Under the pieces are notes generated by a model that worked only from the letters and a program-made list of their open reading frames with translations, searched no databases and was not told the DNA's origin. A DNA stretch of 64,000 nt. Origin: a bacterium (GTDB lineage: Bacteria; Electryoneota; JAOADG01). A program made the translations under genes and the position numbers. The stretch covers positions 544,001 to 608,000 of the forward strand of contig OY820579.1 in the NCBI GenBank assembly GCA_963681965.1. The letters run 5' to 3'. Positions 29,048-37,621 of the stretch are shown in pieces; positions within the stretch are counted from its first letter, which is position 1, and each line of letters opens with the position of its first letter.

Positions 29048-29944
29048 ATGAAGCAGCAAAAATTGATTTGGTTGATTATTGGATTGGCGATTATCGCGCT
29101 AAGCGTGTTTGCCGGTTGCGGAAAAAACAGTAACGGACTTCGTCCTTCGGGAACGTTGGAAGCAACGGAGGTCTCGATTTCCCCGCTGTTGTCGGGTCGG
29201 GTTCTGGAATTGCGCAAACAGGAAGGCGACGAAGTTAAAGTCGGCGACACGCTGGTCGTGTTGGATACCGAATTGCTTGGCTTACAGCGAAACCAGAGTG
29301 AAGCACAGCTATCCGAGTTAGCGGCAGCATACGAGGCATTGCAGGCGCAAAAGACGCAGTGCGAGTTGCAGATCAAAAATTACTCCGACAAGCTTTCCCG
29401 GCAAACGACGTTGTTGGAAAAAGGTAGCAGCTCGCGACAAATCGTGGATGATTTAACTTCGCAACGCGACATAGCACAGTCGCAGTTGAAAGCGATTGCC
29501 GCACAATCGTCGGCAAATGTCGCACAACGGAGTCGCATCGAAGCGGGTAAGAAAATGATCGAGCGACAATTGCGCGACGGCGTGATCGTATCGCCGTTAA
29601 AAGGTACCGTTCTGGTGAAAGGGAGTGAACCGGGTGAGTCAGTTACGCCGCAGACGATCGTATACAAACTTTCGGATCTAACGAACCTGACGGTAAAGAT
29701 CTATCTCACCGAACCGGAAATGGGAAAAGTGAAGATCGGTCAAAAAGTCGTGTTGCGCGTGGATGCGCTCGACAAAAAGATTTTCGAAGGGGTGGTAAGC
29801 TTTATCAATCCAACTGCGGAATTCACACCGAAAAATATTCAGACCAAGAAGACGCGAGCCGATCTGGTCTTTGCCGTGAAATTGAATGTAGCCAATCCGA
29901 GCGGTGAACTGCACGGCGGAATGCCGATCGAAGCGGAGCTATAG
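29048..29944 (+). CDS. HlyD-family membrane fusion protein (YbhG-like)
   Basis: SGTLEATEV, EGD.VK.G, SP..G.V, AEFTPKNIQT and GMP motifs. Confidence 0.92.
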   Translation: MKQQKLIWLIIGLAIIALSVFAGCGKNSNGLRPSGTLEATEVSISPLLSGRVLELRKQEGDEVKVGDTLVVLDTELLGLQRNQSEAQLSELAAAYEALQAQKTQCELQIKNYSDKLSRQTTLLEKGSSSRQIVDDLTSQRDIAQSQLKAIAAQSSANVAQRSRIEAGKKMIERQLRDGVIVSPLKGTVLVKGSEPGESVTPQTIVYKLSDLTNLTVKIYLTEPEMGKVKIGQKVVLRVDALDKKIFEGVVSFINPTAEFTPKNIQTKKTRADLVFAVKLNVANPSGELHGGMPIEAEL

Positions 29945-30882
29945 TGTCGAATGGAACATTGGCAATCGATGTCGATCGAATCAAAAAAAAGTACGGCGCA
30001 ATCGAAGCGGTCAAACTGATATCGTTAACGGTTGCTCCCGGTGAAATCGTCGGTTTGATCGGTGCCGATGGTGCAGGAAAGACCTCGACGATCAAGATGA
30101 TCTGCGGGCTACTCGCGCCGGATGCCGGAACGATTCGCGTGTCGGGATTCGATGTTCGTAAATCAGCCGACGAAGTGAAAACCCGTCTCGGGTATATGCC
30201 GCAGCGATTCAGTCTATACTCCGATTTGTCGGTGGCGGAAAACATCCGGTTCTTTGCCGATCTGTTCAAATTGACGGAATCGCAGCGAGCGCAGCGCGTT
30301 GCGCGATTGTACGAATTTTCGAAACTCGGTCCGTTTCAGAAGCGGCGCGCCGGGCAGCTTTCGGGTGGTATGAAGCAGAAGTTGGCATTATGCTGCAATC
30401 TTATCCACGAGCCGGAAGTGATGGTGCTCGACGAACCTACCTTCGGGGTCGATCCGGTTTCGCGTCGCGAGTTGTGGGATATCCTCGGCGATCTGAAAAA
30501 GCGCGGATCGGGTCTGTTGGTGTCGACGGCATACATGGATGAAGCGGAATTGTGCGATCGGGTTTATCTGATGCATGAAGGACAATTTCTCTGTTCGGGT
30601 GAAACTAAATCGCTTCTGGCAAATTTCGAATATCAGTTGTTAGAACTGTTTCGGGATGAAATCGATTTTCATGTCTTCGAGCAGCTATCGAGTAAGATCG
30701 CACAACTAACTGGTGTCCATAGCGTGAATCGTTTCGGCGACCGGCTGCATGTCGCATTCGATCGCAAGATGGGGAGTGATCGAATTGTCGCGGAAGCGGA
30801 GCAATTCGGATTTCATTCGCATCCAACCCATCCTGTGATGGAAGATGTGTTTGTCAATAGGGTGCAGAACAATGGCAACTAA
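29944..30882 (+). CDS. ABC transporter ATP-binding protein
   Basis: GADGAGKT, LSGGMKQKL and LDEPT.GVDP motifs. Confidence 0.95.
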   Translation: MSNGTLAIDVDRIKKKYGAIEAVKLISLTVAPGEIVGLIGADGAGKTSTIKMICGLLAPDAGTIRVSGFDVRKSADEVKTRLGYMPQRFSLYSDLSVAENIRFFADLFKLTESQRAQRVARLYEFSKLGPFQKRRAGQLSGGMKQKLALCCNLIHEPEVMVLDEPTFGVDPVSRRELWDILGDLKKRGSGLLVSTAYMDEAELCDRVYLMHEGQFLCSGETKSLLANFEYQLLELFRDEIDFHVFEQLSSKIAQLTGVHSVNRFGDRLHVAFDRKMGSDRIVAEAEQFGFHSHPTHPVMEDVFVNRVQNNGN

Positions 30883-31636
30883 TCCACCTAACGAACAATA
30901 TGCCGTCGTAGCGCGCAATTTGACGAAGAAATTCGGATCATTCATCGCCGTCGACAATCTCTCGATTGAAGTGAAGCAAGGTGAAATCTTCGGATTTCTG
31001 GGTGCCAATGGTGCCGGTAAGACCACCGCGATCCGGATGTTTTGCGGGTTATTGGAGCCATCTTCGGGCGAAGCTTCGGTTGCCGGATGCAATCTGCTTC
31101 ACGAGGTGAAAGCGCTGAAACGCAAGATCGGCTACATGAGTCAGAAGTTCTCGCTCTATGACGATCTCTCGATCGAACAGAACATCGATCTATACGGCGG
31201 TATCTATTTACTCACCGACGAGCAGATTGCCACTCGAAAAGCGGAATTGCTCGCGAGTGTCGGATTAACCGGTATGGCGGATCGGGTGACGCGCGATCTG
31301 CCGTTGGGATATAAACAGCGCTTGGCGCTCGGTTGCAGCATTCTGCACCGCCCGCAGGTGGTGTTTCTCGACGAACCGACGAGCGGCGTCGATCCAGTCG
31401 CACGCCGAAAATTCTGGAACCTGATCTACCAAATCGCCGACAGCGGTATGACGGTATTCGTGACCACGCACTATATGGATGAAGCGGAGTATTGCAATCG
31501 CGTCAGTTTGATGGTTGCCGGAAAACTGCGCGCACTGGATACACCGACCGCATTGAAACGAATGACCGGTACCAGTTCGATGCAGGATGCGTTTCTGAAA
31601 TTGGTCGGCGAAGCGCCAGTGGAGGTGCCATTGTGA
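30872..31636 (+). CDS. ABC transporter ATP-binding protein
   Basis: GANGAGKT, LPLGYKQRL, LDEPTSGVDP and TTHYMDEAE motifs. Confidence 0.95.
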   Translation: MATNPPNEQYAVVARNLTKKFGSFIAVDNLSIEVKQGEIFGFLGANGAGKTTAIRMFCGLLEPSSGEASVAGCNLLHEVKALKRKIGYMSQKFSLYDDLSIEQNIDLYGGIYLLTDEQIATRKAELLASVGLTGMADRVTRDLPLGYKQRLALGCSILHRPQVVFLDEPTSGVDPVARRKFWNLIYQIADSGMTVFVTTHYMDEAEYCNRVSLMVAGKLRALDTPTALKRMTGTSSMQDAFLKLVGEAPVEVPL

Positions 31637-32751
31637 GACGGTTACTGGCAATCGCAATGAAGGAAGTTCTGCACATCAAGCGCGACCATCGCACGCTATT
31701 CGTCGCGATTGCCATGCCGATGGCGATGTTGATGCTATACGGATACGCGATCGACATGGAGTTGAAGCATGTCCGGATCGGGGTCTACGACCGGGATTGT
31801 AGTCCGGAAAGCCGTGCATTGGTGGAGCGAATCACGGCGGGCAACACTTTCGTGATCACTGAATACTTAAACGATCGTGCTGATTTCGAGAATGGATTCA
31901 AGGCGAACCGCTATCGGGCAATTCTCGCGATCGAACCGGGTTATGCGCACGATATCGCAACCAATAAAAATGCCGATTTTCAAGTCATTGTCGATGGCAG
32001 CGATGTCAATTCGGCAAATGTCATCTCGAATAACATCAGTGCGGTGGCACAACAATTGAGCAATGAACGTCTGCAGCAGCGGTTTGGAAAAAAGATTACC
32101 CCTCCCATCGAATTGCGCACACGGATCTGGTTCAATGAGGAGTTGAAGAGTCCAATTTTTATCGTACCGGGGCTGGTGGCGCTGTTTCTGGTGATGGTGT
32201 GCGCGCTGCTAACCAGTGTCGCCATTGCCCGCGAGCGCGAGAACGGCACCCTCGAGCAGATTTTAACGACACCGGTGCATCCGGTGGAAGTGATTATTGG
32301 TAAAGTATTGCCGTATCTAGCGATTGCCGTAATCGACGCGGTACTGACGGTTTCGGTGGGATATTTCGTTTTCGATGTACCGCTTCGCGGCAGTTTACTG
32401 GCGCTGACAGCATACAGCACGATCTATTTGATTGTCGCATTGGGGATGGGTTTGCTGATCAGTGTATTTGTCAAGACGCAGCAATTGGCGCTGATGTTTG
32501 CACTGATCCTGACACTATTACCGACACTGATGTTATCCGGTCTGATTTTTCCGACTTCATCAATGCCGTTTCCGCTGCAAATGCTCTCGAAGATTGTACC
32601 GGCGACGTGGTTCATCCCGATTGTTCGCGGAATCATGTTGAAAGGGGAAATCTGGTTTCCGGTCGAGGGGAGTGTGTTGATCGGTATGGCAATATTATTG
32701 CTGAGTGGCAGTGTTGCCGGATTTCGCAAGATCATTCGCGAAGGAATGTAA
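31633..32751 (+). CDS. ABC-2 type permease (YbhS-like)
   Basis: GGAGG + GTG overlapping the upstream stop. KE..HI.RD, RERENGTLEQ...TP and C-terminal TMs. Confidence 0.92.
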   Translation: MRRLLAIAMKEVLHIKRDHRTLFVAIAMPMAMLMLYGYAIDMELKHVRIGVYDRDCSPESRALVERITAGNTFVITEYLNDRADFENGFKANRYRAILAIEPGYAHDIATNKNADFQVIVDGSDVNSANVISNNISAVAQQLSNERLQQRFGKKITPPIELRTRIWFNEELKSPIFIVPGLVALFLVMVCALLTSVAIARERENGTLEQILTTPVHPVEVIIGKVLPYLAIAVIDAVLTVSVGYFVFDVPLRGSLLALTAYSTIYLIVALGMGLLISVFVKTQQLALMFALILTLLPTLMLSGLIFPTSSMPFPLQMLSKIVPATWFIPIVRGIMLKGEIWFPVEGSVLIGMAILLLSGSVAGFRKIIREGM

Positions 32752-32776
32752 CGGTTCGAAACCGACTGAAGGGTGT

Positions 32777-33901
32777 ATGAGACAATTACTGTTTTTGTTG
32801 CGCAAAGAATTCCAACAACTGCGTCGCGATCCGGCAATGATGCGGGTGCTGCTGGTGGCGCCATTGGTGCAGATGCTGGTTTTGTCGTATGCGATCAATA
32901 CCGATTTGAAGGAAATGAAAGCGGTGATGGTCGATCTCGACCGGACACAAGCGAGTTCGCAATTCATAGCGAAATTTTTCGGCACGGATTATTTTCAGCG
33001 GGTACATCCGGAAGTTGGTACGTTCAGCGAAGCGACGACATTACTGGAGCACGGTAAAGCGGATCTGATTGTAACAATTCCGCGTGGATTTGCTGCCGAT
33101 AAATTGAAGAATGCGCAGATTGGATTGACGGTCGACGGTCAAAATTCCAATGTTGCGGGGCTGGGGAGTGGCTACGCCGCCCGATTGATTGCCGATATGA
33201 ACCTTACGCAGATGAAGGAGTGGAAACGGCAGGGACGACTGCCGGAAGGGACCGATGTCCAAATTCGTCCGGTGGTGCGGTTCTGGTTCAATCCCGAGTT
33301 GGAAAGCAAACATTTCATGGTGCCCGGAATTGTCGTGATGTTGATTTCGACGGTATCGGGTATGCTGGCGGGGATTGCTATCGTGAAGGAGAAGGAGATT
33401 GGAACGATCGAATTGCTGCTGGTGGCACCGTTGGAACGGTGGCAACTGGTTGCTGGAAAATTGCTGCCGTTCTTTATTCTATCGTTCGGTGCGATGAGTC
33501 TGGCGTTGGCGATCGGGATGATTTGGTTTGGCGTGCCATTTTCCGGATCGTCGTTGACTCTGATCGGCGGGGTATCGCTCTATCTGGTGGTGATGCTCTC
33601 GGTCGGACTGCTGGTTTCGACGATGTCGGCAACACAGATGCAGGCGATGTTTTCGGTCTGGTTCGTGTTGATCTTTGGGATTATGACCAGTGGATTCTTT
33701 TTTCCGATCGAGAATATGCCGAAGTGGTTGCAGTATATCACGATTCCGAATCCGATGCGATACATGATGGAAATTATGCGCTCGGTGCTGATCAAAGGAT
33801 CGTCGCTGGTCGATTTGAAACAACAATTTGCGATGCTGACCGGACTTGGAGCAATCGTGTTTGCGCTGGCGGTGACACGCTTTCAGAAACAGTTGGGGTG
33901 A
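32777..33901 (+). CDS. ABC-2 type permease (YbhR-like)
   Basis: KEF.QL.RD, WFNP.L, KEKEIGTIE.L and SGFFFPIENMP motifs. Confidence 0.92.
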   Translation: MRQLLFLLRKEFQQLRRDPAMMRVLLVAPLVQMLVLSYAINTDLKEMKAVMVDLDRTQASSQFIAKFFGTDYFQRVHPEVGTFSEATTLLEHGKADLIVTIPRGFAADKLKNAQIGLTVDGQNSNVAGLGSGYAARLIADMNLTQMKEWKRQGRLPEGTDVQIRPVVRFWFNPELESKHFMVPGIVVMLISTVSGMLAGIAIVKEKEIGTIELLLVAPLERWQLVAGKLLPFFILSFGAMSLALAIGMIWFGVPFSGSSLTLIGGVSLYLVVMLSVGLLVSTMSATQMQAMFSVWFVLIFGIMTSGFFFPIENMPKWLQYITIPNPMRYMMEIMRSVLIKGSSLVDLKQQFAMLTGLGAIVFALAVTRFQKQLG

Positions 33902-33973
33902 CGAGTTTCGCGTGCTTGGTGTTTGATTCTTGGTGTTCGGTTTTTGGTGTTCAGTTCCTGGTGCTCAGTGCAT

Positions 33974-34423
33974 GGTAGCCCAAACCTCCGAACTCGCGTT
34001 CTTGCATTTTAGTAGGGGCGCCTCCCCGCGGGCGCACATTCTTTTATCATTTCATCTTTTCCCATCCCCCAACACCTATCCCCTACCACCCATTTTGTTG
34101 GTGGCGCAGGCCTCCGAGCCTGCGTTCTTGTATCTTTTTTTTAAAGTACTGCCCAACTCCGATTGGACGAATCCCTGCTTTTCCGTAGGTCAGAACTTGT
34201 TCTGACCACCGCTAGTATCCTGATTTGTCGTTGCGAGGAAGATGCGTAGCATATGACGTGGCAATCTTCTCTTGTGTAGCCGCAGGCTTTAGCCTGCGTT
34301 TTTTGAATCATGTTTTCTGTGGTAGCGGCGGACTTCAGTCCGCTTTTTTTTTATTTTTTCAGGAATGGCGGACTAAAGTCCGCCGCTACCAAAAATCGGG
34401 AGGGCTCACGAGCCATCCCCTAC
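33974..34423. repeat. Mosaic REP-like palindrome array
   Basis: Hairpins at 34012, 34101 (identical 24-mer to 10717), 34184, 34227, 34276 and 34322, with reverse-oriented copies at 34367-34389 and 34398-34423. Confidence 0.88.
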
Positions 34424-37400
34424 TTCAATAACACGATCTTCTGTGTCTTGCTGAACGTTCCCGCCTGCAATCGTACAAAATACGTTCCACTCGCTAATCG
34501 TGAACCGTCGAGCAATACCCGATACGTTCCGGGACGCTGCTCGCGCTGCACAAGTGTCGATACTTCGCGACCGGTGAGATCGTAGAGACAAAGCTCGACG
34601 TGAGATGAAATTGGAAGGGTGTAGGAAAGAGTAGTGGTGGCGTTGAAGGGATTCGGAAAAGCCTTAATGCTTGCGCTTTGCGGAAGAATCGTTAACTTTA
34701 CTTCATTTGCATCAGTCGATTCCGGCAAAGTAATAAACTTCACGATAAAGGCATCCCACCCGCCTTGATTCGTGCTATCGATTGCAGAACCGGTCACTGG
34801 GAAATTGGTACTATTCGTTCTGCCAACAATCGCTAATGTATCACTACCCACTAAAACCGAACCTTCACAATTATCGTAATTATTGCCACCGATAAATGTA
34901 CTGTACATTAGTGTATCCAAAGTACTGTTAAACTTCATGATGAAACCGTCAGTACCACCACCATTGTAGAGTGAATCGAAAGAGTTGATCGTGACAGGGA
35001 ATTCGGTGCTGACTGTTACGCCAGCTGAATAAACACAATGATTGAGTCGATTAAACTGAGCACTGGTTGAGTAGTCGGTCATGCTACCACCTATATATGT
35101 GCTTAAGAAAGATGATTCCGTCGATGTATAGGTCATGTGTCCGACGAAGGCATCACCTAATTCACCGCCATGATAGGTCGTGTCGTAACCATGAGGAGAT
35201 ACTCGAAAATCGGAACTACAAGTAATTCCAGAGATAAACCAACCACCGAGACCGTCATTTGATAGACCATAGATTCGATCGGTACAATTTCCACCGATAT
35301 AAGTACTATAGGCAAGGGATCTGCAATCGGTAGAAAACACTGTAAGGAAACAGTTTCCACCGCCACGCAACTGAGAACTATAGCAATTGGATGTTGTCGG
35401 AAGATTTGTACTAGCTGTCATCCCAGCAATCGCTACCCTTCCAGAGTCATCAAAATCAATTTTATATGCGATCGTTTGAGAATTTCCACCAAAATAAGAA
35501 CTGTAGATAAGGTTCGATCCAGTACTGTTAAGGTGAGTAAGAAATACATTGGTACTGTAAAATGGCAGAGTACTATAAGCATCGGAAGTACAGGGAAAAT
35601 TCAAACCCTCAGTGTACCCAGTTACGTAAGCACCACCGTTTGCATCGCTGATAACAGATTGAGCTTCTTGGAGAGCATTATTACTGCCGAGAAGGAAACT
35701 ATAGATGATTCGCGAACCGGATGCGTTGAGACGCATAATGTAACACTTATTATCATGGATCGGTTGTGTTCGATCGAAGGCAGTAGCTGAAACTGGAAAT
35801 CCTGCACCACCCGTCGAACCGCAGACAATTGTTCCACCGGTAGGATCGGCACAGATTCCAACAGCAAAATCATCACTATTTCCACCGAGATAGGTACTGA
35901 ACAGCAGTTGATTGTCTAACGAGTTGATTGAAGATACAAAAACATCCGTAGCGGAAAGTGTCGTATCGAAAGCTCCAGATGTTACCGGAAAATCGCTACT
36001 CTGCGTGTCGCCCGCGACAACGATATTTCCAGTTGTAGTTTTACAAATTACCATTCCTTCATCTGTACCACTTCCCCCCAAATACGTGGAATACACCAGC
36101 GGATCAATTCTGAGCGTCTGCGAGGCATCATATCCAATCGGTAAATCGATCGCGAAGACATTTCTCGTCTCGAGTCTGAACTGTGCTGCGACATCGTTTC
36201 CGCGAGCGCCATTCGAGGTGGTTTGGTAGGCGCCCGGAATTTTCATCCGCAATTCACCTAGGGAGGTCATGAGTGACAGTTCATTCGACAAGAGGGAGTC
36301 GGACACTCCTGTCCGACTCCCTTTTGTGACAGAAATATCTGAGTCGACGGACAAGAGTGTCCGTCCTCCGCCTGCGATCGGTGCTTCCAATCCTTCGCAC
36401 ACCATCTGGATTTGCTTCGGATCGGCACCGGGATGCGCGACGAAATCGAATTCGAGATGCCCCTTGCTCTCGTAAAATTCGACATCGATTCCCGCCCACA
36501 CCTCGCGATACACCACGCGTGTAAAATTGCGGCAATCCGGTGCCCACTTCGAAGAATCATTCCCGAGAAAATAGTTGTTGTGCCACGATAGTTCACCCTG
36601 TGCATCAATCCGCTTTGCTTGTGCGAAGGGTAGGTCGGAATTTATTCCGACTTCCTCTTGTGTCGAATATTTTTCTGTAGGGGCGTATGGCATTCGCCCT
36701 AATCTTGTATCTTGAATCCTGATTTTGTATTTGCGAGGAATGAACGAAGGAACGTGCGAAGCACTTCCGAAGTGGAATGACGAAGCAACCCCGAAGGGCT
36801 CACCGAAGGTAATCTCCTCCTGAGTCTTTGATTCATTTAAAGAGTAGATTGCTTCGTCACTTCGCTGCGGCTTTCCGCCTTCGGCGGACGATCCTTCGCT
36901 GCGTTCCTCGCAAAGACAAGTGAAAGCATCTTGATCGGATAGGGGCGTATGCGATTCGCCCCTACGGGAATCAACAAATCTAAATTTGAGCGCGTGAGAT
37001 TTTAAACGGGAATGATGGATACGACCATTGGGATCGAATCGTGCATCATTAACGGACACGGGCGGTTCGCGAACCGCCCCTACCAAAGAAGAAGGATCAA
37101 AAAATGTCAAGAGTGGATTGCCACGTCCGCCGCTTTGCGGCGTCCTCGCAATGACAGAATTAAATGCGGTGGGCGAACACGGGGGTCCGCCCCTACTGGA
37201 AAAAGGATCGACGGGCGGGCGCGGGGACCCGCCCCTACTTGAGTCAACAATTGAGGTGACGAGGGTGACACCATCGCGCTCAAGGAACCAGGTGAAACCG
37301 TCGCGGCGGACTTCGCACTTGTAGAGCACGGCACTATCCCACTGTCCCTTGTTCTCGGTGAATTGGAAGGGATGCGGCAAGCGCGACGATTGTACACTCA

Positions 37401-37476
37401 CCGCTAACGCGGAGTGCAACCACAAAACAAGCAGTAATAAAACAAAATAAACGGTTCGGGAAAGGTCTCGCGGCAT
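34420..37476 (-). CDS. Secreted SBBP-repeat beta-propeller protein with T9SS C-terminal sorting domain and in-frame REP-derived insertions
   Basis: AGAGG + ATG 37476 and signal peptide. FTENKGQW, NYFLGND..KW, IDPLVYSTYLGG, multiple T.S.DFPVT..AFD repeats and FPNPFN.TT...SGTYF...KIVLLK. Confidence 0.9.
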   Translation of the reverse strand: MPRDLSRTVYFVLLLLVLWLHSALAVSVQSSRLPHPFQFTENKGQWDSAVLYKCEVRRDGFTWFLERDGVTLVTSIVDSSRGGSPRPPVDPFSSRGGPPCSPTAFNSVIARTPQSGGRGNPLLTFFDPSSLVGAVREPPVSVNDARFDPNGRIHHSRLKSHALKFRFVDSRRGESHTPLSDQDAFTCLCEERSEGSSAEGGKPQRSDEAIYSLNESKTQEEITFGEPFGVASSFHFGSASHVPSFIPRKYKIRIQDTRLGRMPYAPTEKYSTQEEVGINSDLPFAQAKRIDAQGELSWHNNYFLGNDSSKWAPDCRNFTRVVYREVWAGIDVEFYESKGHLEFDFVAHPGADPKQIQMVCEGLEAPIAGGGRTLLSVDSDISVTKGSRTGVSDSLLSNELSLMTSLGELRMKIPGAYQTTSNGARGNDVAAQFRLETRNVFAIDLPIGYDASQTLRIDPLVYSTYLGGSGTDEGMVICKTTTGNIVVAGDTQSSDFPVTSGAFDTTLSATDVFVSSINSLDNQLLFSTYLGGNSDDFAVGICADPTGGTIVCGSTGGAGFPVSATAFDRTQPIHDNKCYIMRLNASGSRIIYSFLLGSNNALQEAQSVISDANGGAYVTGYTEGLNFPCTSDAYSTLPFYSTNVFLTHLNSTGSNLIYSSYFGGNSQTIAYKIDFDDSGRVAIAGMTASTNLPTTSNCYSSQLRGGGNCFLTVFSTDCRSLAYSTYIGGNCTDRIYGLSNDGLGGWFISGITCSSDFRVSPHGYDTTYHGGELGDAFVGHMTYTSTESSFLSTYIGGSMTDYSTSAQFNRLNHCVYSAGVTVSTEFPVTINSFDSLYNGGGTDGFIMKFNSTLDTLMYSTFIGGNNYDNCEGSVLVGSDTLAIVGRTNSTNFPVTGSAIDSTNQGGWDAFIVKFITLPESTDANEVKLTILPQSASIKAFPNPFNATTTLSYTLPISSHVELCLYDLTGREVSTLVQREQRPGTYRVLLDGSRLASGTYFVRLQAGTFSKTQKIVLLK

Positions 37477-37621
37477 CGCTGCACCTCTGGCATAAGGCAA
37501 GTAGGGATCTTAGAAAATAATATAATCAATATTCTTAAATATTCTGACTATTGTCCAACCCTCTTCAATCTTGCCGTGAGAACTATTGTATGTGGCGCAA
37601 AAATAAGTGATATATCGAGGT

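Noticed and set aside
33930-34585. Short ORFs inside REP arrays (also 10917-11126 and 58782-59265)
   Set aside because: They are translations of palindromes and T-rich spacers, without RBS support.
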